Assembly: GCA_022813965.1 (NCBI GenBank)
Contig: JALDZS010000022.1
Location: forward strand, 1-64,000
Reading direction: 5' to 3'
DNA: 64,000 nucleotides
DNA from: Toensbergia leucococca
Lineage: Eukaryota
Part shown: positions 1 through 11,232 of the stretch, one piece after another
Numbering within the stretch: position 1 is the stretch's first letter
Layout of the letters: every line of letters starts with the position of its first letter
Notes under the pieces: generated by a model
The model's database searches: none
The model's input: only the letters and a program-made list of their open reading frames with translations
What the model was told of the DNA's origin: nothing
Translations under genes and position numbers: made by a program

Positions 1-1817
1 ACGACGGCGGCTTGAGACAGTGCTGAGCTGAGAGGTTTCAAGATAAGGATAATAGTTGAAGTGGTGTCACCGGCGATCCTGTCTGACCAATGATGGCTTG
101 TCATTGCCACATGGAGGTGAGATCACTAGTTAGCGGCGTGTCACCTTTACAGGGTGATCACTGATTAGGGGCGGGATCACCCTTAAACCGGCGGGACTCA
201 CCCCCTAGGGTGAGCCACTCACCGTCCAAGAGGCGTTGCGAAATCGCGACACATTCGCACTCGATTCTCTACCACTACTCAAGTCATTTACCTGCTCAAA
301 TTGCGTGCCATCTGTAAGCCAAATTATCTAGGAGGAAAAGCATGCTTTTGTACCACATCCTGACTTGATTCACCTCACCCCCGGGCGCATGATTCTCACC
401 TGCAGATGAAATGCTTGAAACAGTCCTCCATCCACCTGAATCATCATGTCTTCCTTCACCTCACCCCCGGCTGCTCCGGCTTCTCCTCCGCCTCACTCTT
501 CACACCCCCTAGCACCTCATCCTCACCTCTACCTCCCCGCCCATGTATAACACCGCCTTGTATCACCTCTTTCACTAGTTCATATTGAGAGGCCTTTCGC
601 TAAGTAGAATTGTCAAATTCAACCTGTTGTCATGCCCCCCGTTGTCGTCAGTTGGGGGCATTTGAAGGATGTTCACGCGGTCGTGCCATTGCTAGATCCT
701 GCATCAATAGAAGAGGATCAATAGGCTCAGGTGAAGGAGGTAATAAATCCATGACGTTGATGATACATGTGCAAGGAAGAAGACGTGAGTATAAATGTGG
801 TGCGAATATTCAAGTACGTGTGCGTGCGCCTGTGCCTCATAATTGCCTAATTGAGGGGGGGGTGTCTATGTATCAAAAAAGGGTGTCAACCTATTAGCTC
901 CCTTAAGATAATGAAAAACCCACAACAAGAACAGCAGAAAGCTTCATCAGCGGCACCAAATCTAATAAGACAGCCCATCTTTCTTCAAAATTGAGCGAGA
1001 TGATGCTTTCCGTCCTTGCCATGAATCATTTCTTTCCCGAAGAACAACTTACATACGAAGAGTCCGTGATGAGGTGCATGAAACTAGCTAACGAACATGG
1101 GACAGAGGAAGTATTCGGACACAGGAGGTGTTTGGGGGATGCATAGCTCGAGATTTGTATTACCTAGGTATTGGGGGCGAAGCCAGGAATTGATTGATGA
1201 CTGATAGTATGAGAAATTCGAGTTTCTAAATAGTCGCAATTCAGGAGGTATGAGTCCTGGGTGAAAACCTATTACAGATTTTCTTATATACCTATCCGCC
1301 CATTGATTCTTGGTTGATCCTTGGGATCATGGCAATATTGACAGCTGCGCCAATATGAGGCCTTGTCCCATGCTATTGTTCTTCTCTTCGAAATGATCGT
1401 CTAAGATGATATAACTTCCAACTTTCTATTGTACAAAATTCTCAAATTCATAACTCTGCTGACATCGCTGTTGCATTCGAGGGACGCCAAGCCTAGGAAC
1501 TAAACAAAGTATCCAATCGAGGATAGCTGGAAAGTCACACAACAACATCTGCCACAATGAGGGAAAACATCCGATGTTTGCGTAGGCGCATAACTTGCCA
1601 AAGGTTTTCATTTCACGATGCGCTGGAAAAAATGTTGTCAGAAAACCGGAGACATCAGTTTGCTCAATCAAACCCAGGCTTGAGCCAAGCAATATAAGAC
1701 AAGAACTGCCCGAGGAAAGGGCTGCTTCAAACAAACAGTGGCCTTCTTACTGACAACTCGCTTTTCTATAGTCCCAAGAAGCACTTCTCGATTTTTTCAT
1801 CAATTTCTCCAAATGAG

Positions 1818-2399
1818 ATGGAACCACTCCCACAATGGTTTAATGACACGCATGGGCGCGACCGAAGTGGCCCTTTGCCCCCTCGATACGGTCAACGTCA
1901 GCCAAATTGGAGGGAGCACAAGACAATGCAAACGGTCTGGCCCCGCGACAAGAAAAATAGCACATGGGGCCGATGGAAAGACATCTTTACTGGAAAAGGT
2001 CCGGATATCTGGGTGTCGAAAAGAAGCAGCGATGGTCCACATAAACCCGTTTGGTCTGGTTGGAAAAGAGGGCCTACCAACGGATGGTGGGATAATCTAG
2101 GCTATCGGTACATGAAGAGAAATGAGACGTATCCTCCATCATGGGCGAGGAGGCCCGTCGATGAAAGATATGACTTCCAGGCGAGGAAGTATCGCGACTG
2201 CCATAGGCCGGATATACGGAGCGATGTCAAGTGGAGCAATGGGAAGCGGCCTGTGCCTCTGTATTGGAGTGATCGGTTTGGGAACGAGTATAGGAACATA
2301 AACGTGGAAGTGCCTGGATATCCTCTTTGGAGAAATCCATATCGGTATCGCAGACGTACAAAGCGATGGGACTGGCATAACGACCTGATCGCTTATTGA
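1818..2399 (+). CDS. Hypothetical Trp/Arg/Pro-rich protein (193 aa), no recognised family
   Basis: Intronless ATG-started ORF with distinctive composition (many Trp, basic); sits in the gap just before the 3' end of MED27; no motif recognised. Confidence 0.55.
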   Translation: MEPLPQWFNDTHGRDRSGPLPPRYGQRQPNWREHKTMQTVWPRDKKNSTWGRWKDIFTGKGPDIWVSKRSSDGPHKPVWSGWKRGPTNGWWDNLGYRYMKRNETYPPSWARRPVDERYDFQARKYRDCHRPDIRSDVKWSNGKRPVPLYWSDRFGNEYRNINVEVPGYPLWRNPYRYRRRTKRWDWHNDLIAY

Positions 2400-2486
2400 T
2401 CTGTTCGTTGTGGTGTAATGCCATTGAACTACTCCATTGAGACAATAGGTCGATGGCCACATGTTCAAGCGCAGTAAAGACGTTCA

Positions 2487-3509
2487 TCAAGCGCACCCTT
2501 CATGGAGGGCCCGCCACTCGGACCTGGAGTCGCTGTTTGGCGTTTTCTTACCCACTCTCGTCCTCACAATTGGGAATTGGGCGTTCGTATCCAGTAATCT
2601 TGTGCATTTAAAGCAGGTTTTTGACTTCACATCTGTGTAGGATGCAAGCAATTCCTAGGCGAAATAAGCATTGCAGGACGCAAGTCAGTACTAAATAATA
2701 GTACGTACAAGGAGGGATGCAAGGCTTGTTGGCTTCGATATTCTATTGATTGACCGAGCAATTGCAGAATGCAGTTGGGTGACTTCTTTGCAGGATATGT
2801 TATATGTGGTTTGATCAGGGAGACTGTTTTTGGATTCGATCCGGAAGTGTATGCGAGCGGGAGGAGGCAAATAGACCTACAGATATCAGTCCATGCTTTG
2901 CCAACAAAGGCTTAGAGAATATATTACTTCACCGGTCCCCAACCCTTCGTCTATCGACACTTGTATACCTGCATGAGCTTCCTTGAATCTTTCTAGTATG
3001 ACACGAATGTCGCTGAGCTTTGCATCCGTAGGTATAGTGTCGGCTTCTCTTTCCATTTCATCCACCATGCCGGCCTCATTATCAGGTACAGGCATGTCCA
3101 GCCAGTCCTTATGCTGCGTAACCATCCATCCCATAATCCCCTCCTTATTGGCCATTCTACTCTCTTTGACCTGGTCCAGGATAGGCTGATCTACCTCCAT
3201 GGTTTTTGCAAACTCTCTGATATCTTGGGTGACAGCAGAAGCACCATTGGAGAATCTAGCGTACAGGTCTTCAGGGGAGGTATGCTCGACGAGAAAAGGT
3301 TGCAGGAGCTTGGGCATTGTATTACGGAGTCGACGTAGCTTTGAGAACCGACGTCAACGACAAATATTGAGGAAGAGGGGAACTTTGAAAGGATCAGATA
3401 CCTGGGCGTGTAGCTCGTGGAGACGGTTTAGAGAAGAATTAAGTTTGGCTTCATTCATTTCATCTTCTGCGGTGGAGGCAGGGACGTTAGATACATCCAA
3501 GGATGCCAT
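2487..3509 (-). CDS. MED27: Mediator complex subunit 27 (fungal Med27), 4 exons
   Basis: Spliced reading MASLDV...LNRLHELHAQ|LRRLRNTMPKLLQPF...|VYLPPPARIHF...|ELLASYTDVKSKTCFKCTRLLDTNAQFPIVR...WRALHEGCA*; C-terminal CxxC...HxxC zinc motif typical of Med27; canonical GT-AG introns. Confidence 0.8.
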
Positions 3510-3894
3510 TACAAGTCACATAGAATTTGATGATGGAGCAGGATTGATAAATTTAATCGTCGCGAGAGTTGTGAGAGCTCGAGGAGTGGCATGTGGGGGA
3601 ACATTCCACGGCGATGAATGTTTAGCCCACACGTTCAACCACCCTTGAAAATGAATTGCACTAGAAAGAGCCAAACATTTCATATTTGGAATTCGGGAAT
3701 CACGCTGAAAAGGTTTGAGCTACTCTATATTCGAGTAGGCTTCCGGGCAGCCAATGTCCACAGTACTATCCATTGAACCCTCAATTTCATCGCCAAGAGC
3801 CCGCTTTGATAGAACATTTGAATCTCACGCAAAGAGATAGCAAAGGGAGAGCGATCAGAGTGCTAGGGCTTCATAAACCTGCACTAACAACCGT

Positions 3895-5080
3895 TCACCG
3901 GAAGCTTCGGACACGTGGACGGGGATACAAGTCATCACTGTAGAGCCCTCGATCATCTCTTCCCCTGCCATTGTCTCTGCCTCGCCCGGCTTCTGTACGA
4001 TCCCCACGCCAAGAATCGCGTTGAGTGATCGTATCTACGTCCATGCGGTCTTCCTTTGTCTCAAAGCCGTAACTACCATCCTGAAATTCTGGGTCTGCTC
4101 GCCTTCTATTACGATCCGATTGCTCTCTCTGGCTATCGTACAAGCTGAAAGGATTATTATCAGGACGAGCAGCCTTGGGTTCGGTGGGAGTTTGGCGGAC
4201 AGGTTCAGGAGCTGGGGTTGAAGGTTGAGGTGGCCCTTGTTTCATATACACATGTAGTATCCGACCGTCCGCCTAAGTTCTAAGGATCAGCGCCACATTA
4301 CAAACTATGGTGCACGGTGCTCAAACCTTCTTATTGTTGAACATAGCAACAACATTGTCAGCGCCAACTTTCTCCGTAAAAACCATCTCGGCAATAACCG
4401 TTGGTGAAGAGGTAATGACTCTGCAGCCCTGCATCTCACCTCCGGTGGACATCATAGCCGACTCAATATCGGCTGCTGTAGTTCCGGGAGCAAAGTTGCT
4501 TCCAACAACGACGTATGGACCTGCTAGGCCCCGTATACTAATCCCATTGCCGACGCCCCTGAGGTTTACCGGGCTACCTATGCCCTCATTTGGTGTTCTT
4601 GTAACAACGGCGTCAAGGAGGAGATCCTTTCTCATCAGGCGAGTTCTTGGGTTCTCTCGGGCAATACGAGGTGTCCGTGATACTTGTGGATTATTGATCT
4701 CGTGCAGGTCATGGCCCCAAGATGATTCAATATCGGCCTTTGGCTTAGGCGTCGATGATAGCGAGCGTTGTGAGGCCTGTAGTATAGAGTCAGATACGTG
4801 TCAAAATAGGTGGGTGATGTGGTCATGTTTGAGATTGTGCATACCTTGGCAACTCCAACCCTACTTGCTAGGCTTGGTCCAGCACCTGGCTTCCGATTTC
4901 CATTTGAGGCCGGTGTGTTGGACTTGCGCCCTTTCCCGAATATTTCTTTCGCGAGAGCTTCATTCTTTCTTCGCAAACGGTCTTTCAATTGTCAGCCAAT
5001 TGATCCCCAACAATTGCAGGTGAAACCTCACCGGCCTGGATGATATCGTCAAACGATACAGCTTCTTTGCCTGCCGCCAT
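3895..5080 (-). CDS. RRM-domain RNA-binding protein, spliced
   Basis: MAAGKEAVSFDDIIQA|DRLRRKNEALAKEIFG...; RRM-like segment GPYVVVGSNFAPGTTAADIESAM...AEMVF...FNNKK|ADGRILHVYMK; RG/DR-rich C-terminus. Confidence 0.75.
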
Positions 5081-5567
5081 ATTGTCTATTAGCCAAATCA
5101 ACCTAGGTTTTAGCGTCGCTGATACCACATATTAACATAGTGTCATAGAGGTAGAAGATAAATATGCAATTGAGGAAAATCGATTGGGGTTGAATTTATT
5201 GTGTCTGTCTTGTCTACGGTGTATGAAGTACGGAGTAGGTAGGAGCTCACAGCGAAAGTGTTTAGAGTTCTCACGCTAGACTCGGATAGGACTGGATCGG
5301 TCTTGGCATTGTTTACTTCGCCTTCCCCTCGTCCCCTCTATCTCTCTTTACTCTTTACTCTTCAGGCGTCAGTACCCTCTCGATATTTCTCAGTGCTACT
5401 TCAAGCACTTCATGTACTTCGTGTGACTTCCCTAATTATCTGACTTTCCGAACCACTTTTCTTCTGTCTATGGTAATTTCCTTCAGTTCTTGTCTCTAAC
5501 AAGAAGCTCGTTCTGTCTTCTCCTACGTTCTGCTTGTTTCCAAGGTCTTTTGTCTGCGCTGTCTACA

Positions 5568-8468
5568 ATGTCTTCTCTTAGCACCAAATTGACAAGAATG
5601 TGGCGAGGAGGGGACAATGGTAAAAAGGAGGAGGAACAGTCAATTGATCACATGGATATACTCTCACTTGATGACTGTGGATACAAAGGCAGGATCTGTG
5701 AGCTCGAAAAGGGCATTTCAGAGCCCGTTACAGAAGCATCTCCTAGCAAGCATGTTCTACGAAAAGCTGCATCCAAAACGTTCCAGGCCTTTTCTGACAC
5801 TATTCGATCAAAAGCACAGGCTTTCTATACGAGCCCAGATAGGCAAGGCGCAAGTACGCATGACACCACTGGCCAGAGCACCCCAAAGAGGTCGGGCCAA
5901 AGGCATACTATCTGGTCTTCTATGCGGACTCATGGGGGTAAGAGCGGCCAGCTAGCCCATCGGCTCGAAAATCAGAGCCCCAGCACTCCTTCAAGGGCGC
6001 CCTCAAAATCTACGGATACGTCCTCTTCACTTGACCAAATAATCTTGGGTTCTCCACTTCTCAAGCCGTTGGCTAACGATAAAAGTATACCTGAATTGTC
6101 CTACAGTATCACAGAACATCTGAAGATGTTACAGCCAAGCTCGGAACTCGGCCAGCTATGGTTGAATTCTCCCCCGACCACTTCGAGCCAGTTCTTCCAG
6201 TATGATGGATCTAACATGGATATTCCAATGGCGGTGGATTTGGAAGACCCCTACATTGATCCTCCCAGTGGCTCCTCTAAAGTTGAACGCGGGCTACCAA
6301 ATGCAAGTAGCGCCAGCTATAGCGAAGATGGAGGTTACACAACAGACATCGAAAGTAATACTGAGAACTCGGCAAGCGATGGCCTTTCCCTTGCTCACAC
6401 AGTTTCATATCTGGCCTCGAAGCCATCAAGGTCAGAAACCACAAGAAGCTCTATTTCTAGCAGCTCACTTTGTGTGAACCTCAGTCGTTCAAATACCAGA
6501 GTCCGCCGAAGTACGTCGTCATCCCGTGTGATTACCCAGATTACGGAGTGTTCACCTGCTACAATTAAGCCTGGAACTCCTGAATTATTAAATATAGTAA
6601 CGGACAAGGAAGAGCAGCCAGAAACACCGACTCGCCCATTTAGCGGTTGTACTAGTAGTTCCAATCAAGTTCCAAATACTTTACGGCCAAGCTCTACACT
6701 TCTGAAGAGATCGGAGCCCGTTGTCAGAATCAACCAAAGTCGTTTCCCTTCCGATGTTTACGAGGCCGATATAGAGTCCGGATCACCAAGTCCTGATGTG
6801 CCGAATATGGGCTCAAGACCTGCGTGGAATCAAGTCCGAGCCGATCGCGATGAACGATATCTCGCAATAGACACAATGAGCCAAGAGACCTACTCAGACG
6901 AAGGCCTGGAACCTGGGCTTGAATTAGTGAGAACAGTCTGGCTGACGCCTACTGGAAATTCTCTACTATCTCAGGTCGAAGAAGCTAAGAAGGATCAATC
7001 TGCGTACGGACCAGGGGAAAATTGCTCACCGCTTTCATGCAACAAAGACCAGTCCGATGGCATTGAAGACCTCAGAACCGTGACCGCGGCTACAGTCGAA
7101 CCACCAGAAAGTCTCAATCCCTGGGTGTCGCCTCCAGCGAAGAGGAATGTCTCACCTTGTCCGCAAGGGTCTTTACACTATGCTGTAGAGGCTATTGAGA
7201 GAATTGGTGGTACAATGCTAGATGAAGCCCCCGATGAGACGACCATTCATTCTGTAGAGACGTCTAACCCGAATTCTTCCCCAGATAGATACCTTAGCCC
7301 ACAGAACTTCCGCGACAGTCATAAACGCGGACGTGGATCTCCTGGCATGTCCAAGAATATCAAGGAGTGGATGAGACTATCTTCGCCTGAGATTGCAGAC
7401 TTTTCAGATAGTACATCACTTCCGCAAAACCCGCTACCGTTAACAAATGAAGAACCAAAAATCTCTTCGCCAGCTGTAACCCCGGAGCATACACTTCTCC
7501 TGCCAAGCAAATTGACCCATGGAGGTATCTCAAATGCGTCTGAGTGGCATGTCAGATCGTCTCCGACAGATAGTGTTCCTACACCAAATAGCTGTGCTAT
7601 AACGACGCATAGTAAATTTGGGGGTGTTTCTACTATGTTGCAACCGATCCACGTCCGAAGCTCTCCTGTACGCTCAACTTCTAGCATTCTCGTAGAGATA
7701 GAAGAAATGGGCCTCAAAGGTAAAGACAATGTGGGTTCTCAAGATATTCCAGGATCACTCAGCGTAGGGACTAGGTTGCAAAATGCATTTGATGGCGCAA
7801 AACAGGGGATTGATCGAGGCATCACAACAGTAGAACGGATTACAACTGCCGCTGAAAACAAGGTGGTGGGCAAGAGGTTGCCAAAGCGATTTACCAGGGA
7901 ATTTCGGGCTCAAAGAGCAGTTGACCTTCAAGATCCTCGGCAGCATACAAGACTGGAGTCAGATGATCAGGACAGAACCTTCAACGCTGCTAAATTACCG
8001 TACTTCAATTCATTATCTCGAAGCAAGACGGCTTTAGGCAAGCAAGCTACAGCACTTCCCGAGCGGCGAGTTCGATTCAGCCCAAAGAAACCGATTCTTA
8101 TAGGAAGCACAAGGAGCAAACATGAAAGAAAGAGATTTTGGAAAATGCGAGATATCAGTGTTGGGAGCAGCGGCGATTTCACTTATGATGCAGTGGGAAG
8201 CCCGAAGACCGAGTGGCAGGTGAGCAGTGCGGAGACGGGCGTACAGTGGACAGAGAGTACACTACTACCAATCCCGACGAACACGGATGACGGAAACGTG
8301 ATTTTTTCACAGGATTTGGTGGATATTGCGCGCGCTGCGTTGGAGCAGATGAAGATCAATGAGCGTAACGACCATGTTGGTAGCGAATCGGAGCAGAGCC
8401 AGTGGGAGGATCTGTCGAGTGATGATGAGTATTTTCTCGGCTTGAAAGGTTTCGTCGATGACTTGTGA
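5568..8468 (+). CDS. Large Ser/Pro/Thr-rich, probably disordered hypothetical protein (~966 aa)
   Basis: 2.9 kb uninterrupted ORF; first ATG at 5568 (acaATG); low complexity, no recognisable domain. Confidence 0.75.
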   Translation: MSSLSTKLTRMWRGGDNGKKEEEQSIDHMDILSLDDCGYKGRICELEKGISEPVTEASPSKHVLRKAASKTFQAFSDTIRSKAQAFYTSPDRQGASTHDTTGQSTPKRSGQRHTIWSSMRTHGGKSGQLAHRLENQSPSTPSRAPSKSTDTSSSLDQIILGSPLLKPLANDKSIPELSYSITEHLKMLQPSSELGQLWLNSPPTTSSQFFQYDGSNMDIPMAVDLEDPYIDPPSGSSKVERGLPNASSASYSEDGGYTTDIESNTENSASDGLSLAHTVSYLASKPSRSETTRSSISSSSLCVNLSRSNTRVRRSTSSSRVITQITECSPATIKPGTPELLNIVTDKEEQPETPTRPFSGCTSSSNQVPNTLRPSSTLLKRSEPVVRINQSRFPSDVYEADIESGSPSPDVPNMGSRPAWNQVRADRDERYLAIDTMSQETYSDEGLEPGLELVRTVWLTPTGNSLLSQVEEAKKDQSAYGPGENCSPLSCNKDQSDGIEDLRTVTAATVEPPESLNPWVSPPAKRNVSPCPQGSLHYAVEAIERIGGTMLDEAPDETTIHSVETSNPNSSPDRYLSPQNFRDSHKRGRGSPGMSKNIKEWMRLSSPEIADFSDSTSLPQNPLPLTNEEPKISSPAVTPEHTLLLPSKLTHGGISNASEWHVRSSPTDSVPTPNSCAITTHSKFGGVSTMLQPIHVRSSPVRSTSSILVEIEEMGLKGKDNVGSQDIPGSLSVGTRLQNAFDGAKQGIDRGITTVERITTAAENKVVGKRLPKRFTREFRAQRAVDLQDPRQHTRLESDDQDRTFNAAKLPYFNSLSRSKTALGKQATALPERRVRFSPKKPILIGSTRSKHERKRFWKMRDISVGSSGDFTYDAVGSPKTEWQVSSAETGVQWTESTLLPIPTNTDDGNVIFSQDLVDIARAALEQMKINERNDHVGSESEQSQWEDLSSDDEYFLGLKGFVDDL

Positions 8469-9539
8469 GTTAGTGGGATGGCGTGAGGTAGGTTCCAGGT
8501 GCTGGGCTCCGATGGTCAGGGGTTTGTATCGACTGAACGATATTCTTATGTTGTGGAGGATGAAAGGGAGAAGCATTGTGTGTCTCGCTATATTTGACAT
8601 GGACTACTACGTCGGTATTCGACTGAAGTATCTGTATCAGGGCAAGATCCTAGTATTCTAGGATCCTCCTTTTTTTTTCTTATATCCTCTAAGGATTCCA
8701 TTCTGCTCGTCATGAGCGACTGGTGGAACTCGGCACTGTTTACGCGTTCTTTATGTAAATATCCTTTTTTTTTAGGTATTTAGTTTTTGCTTGTATCACT
8801 TGAGTACCAGCACTTTTTTCATCTCGTTCTTTATGCCTTTTTACCTGGGTTTTTGTGTTGTGGAGAAAGCTGTCACTGAGTACACATGAGGAATTTTAGG
8901 TAGCTTCGTCCTTTAGCAAGATCCAAGGTTTTTGAACTCTTCATTGAGGGCCCTTTTCTCGCCTCTTGGGAGTTTTTTATATTTCATGTTTGTCCACTTT
9001 GTTTTTTGGGGTTGTGGGGTATGAGATGTAGGCACCTACGAACCTGGTACTCGTATTCGTAACTAAATAAAAAAAATCAAACATCTTTCCTTCGTTTTTC
9101 TAGTCTCTAAATCCTCCGTTCTCCTACGTCCAAAGCCCTCCCCTCTCACCGCATCTTTCCATCTTTCCCCCACTTCAAAGAAGTCCAACAGCCTAGGCCG
9201 GGTACTTATCAGCTCCATCATCTCCACCTCACCCGGGTCCGTTCTCTTCTTCTTCTTTTTTTCTTTTTTCTTTTCTCTTCGTCCCTCCTAACTCCGACCC
9301 GACCTCGTGCGAATTGAAGTCTCCCATTTTTTTTTGGCATTTCGAACGAATATTTGGCATATGACCCGTTCCTCACTCGCCCGCCAACACCCGCATGAGT
9401 GGAAGCAGAAATAGAGACAGAAAGCAGGAACAGAAACAGAGGGGGAAAAGAGGGGCCGGGGTATGATGGAAGCGCCCTTGATTCAGAGACATGCATCTCT
9501 CTCTGTTAATAAAAATTAAATGAGATTTTTCTGATCTAT

Positions 9540-10260
9540 TTGACTAACTTGAGAAGAAAAGAGAGGGAATGAGAGGAGGTGACCGCGCTTTTTTTTTTCT
9601 GAGGTTGAGATATGTGTGGGGCTGAGATACTTATTAGAAGTCACCTCTAATGTGAATGTTAACTGTTATGTTATGTTTTTATTTTATTTAGTTGAGACTG
9701 AGACTGAGACTGAGACTTCAATCTCAACCTCAATAACTCAAATTCACACCTCATCTCACTCTCATTCTCATTCTCATTCTCAACCCCCTCTTTCTCAACT
9801 CTCTCATCAAATTCATCACCTCTTTCTTCTCCCTTCCCCTCCCCCCCCATTTCCCCTTCAAACTCACCCCTTCATTCAAATCTGAAACAATCAGAATCAC
9901 ATTTTACTCAAATATAAAGTTTCTACTTTCTGAGCTCAAGACCCTGTTTTCTTGAGTGACCTCAGAAAGAAAGAAAGAGAAGGGAAGAGAATTTGACTGA
10001 GGCCTTCTAAGGGGAAAGAGAGAAAGATGTGTTTGTTTTTAAGAGTGATGAGAGAAGGGTGAGATTTGAGATTTGTAGTTACTAAGGTGATGATAGTGAT
10101 GATGGGAGTTTCTGTGTAGAAGATGACTGATTTGAAAGAAAGCCTGTGAGGTAAGAGAGATAAGAATAGAGTGTGATGATAATGTTGATAATGAGAAACG
10201 CACACTCATATATGCAATAGAACACTCACTCAGCCCTCTCCCCCCCTCAAAAAAAAATCA
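9540..10260. repeat. Low-complexity CpG-poor tract with (GAGACT)4 and (CTCATT)3 repeats; possible decayed repeat
   Basis: GAGACT x4 at 9694-9717, CTCATT repeats ~9761-9782, CT-rich then GA-rich blocks, very few CpG. Confidence 0.55.
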
Positions 10261-10618
10261 AAGAAAGAATGATCAGATTCTGAGAAAAAAAATTTCATCA
10301 AATATGCGCACACAACAGAATTTACCATTTTCAGTTCACATGACTAAAAATGTGAAAAAAAACAGGTCATTGAAAATGGGTTTACTTTGTAAAGAAGTTA
10401 CTTGTCAAAAAAAAAAAAAGTGTCAATGAAATGAATGAGAGAGAGTAAAGAGTAGAGCGAATCACTCTACAACCCCCATCAACACACACCAACATCACAA
10501 TCACAGTATCAGAGCAGGCAGGTCAAAGTATGTACGAGATACTCGAAATTAAACTTTCGCATTCCTTTTGCAATTCAACCCGCAATTACAAAAGCCCGTG
10601 GGGACAAAAAAGTAAGAA

Positions 10619-10641
10619 AGAGAGAGAGAGAGAGAGAGAGA
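10619..10641. repeat. (AG)n microsatellite
   Basis: About 11 AG units seen directly. Confidence 0.9.
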
Positions 10642-11232
10642 CTTTATTGTACAGATGATTCTACCAATGGTATTAAAAGTAAGTAAGTCCCCCTTCAAAG
10701 GAAAAATTAAAATAAAAAAAAAACACGCAAGCACGCCAATGCAAAGAAGATTCCCCGTCGCCCCTCGCCAGTTCCGTAGAAAAGAGCCAAGAGGGTTGAG
10801 TGTTACGTGATGACTTGCTAGTTGTCGAAAAAGAAAAATGCTCAGGGGAAGGGAAAGAAGACTAATTCCGAGCCAGCCGTTTGATATGATCCATCGAGGG
10901 AGTAAGGAAAACTGAAGAAGCCCCCGTTTGCCTGTGCAGAGGCTCCAGTTGTTGTGCAAACTCCAAGCATTTGTGATGTGTGCCAGAAGAGAGCGCAGGA
11001 AGCGTGATATCAGGAAGAGAAAAAAATTGCATGATTATGCCGCAATCTCGCGAACCCCTTTATCTCGTAAACGCCTGGAAGACATGTTAAGGAAGAAACT
11101 TTTGAGACATGATCTAGGTGAATGATCCGGATATGCTGCATGGTCGGAGAAGCTCTACCAGCTCTTTTGCACAGGATTTAGATGGCGCGAGGCTATGGTC
11201 GCCGTAGCTTGAAGGACTCGTTGGTCGCCGGG

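Noticed and set aside
100..560. Short repeated GATCAC/TCACC motifs as an array or LTR
   Set aside because: No regular repeat-spacer structure, no terminal repeats or transposon ORF identifiable; eukaryotic context excludes CRISPR
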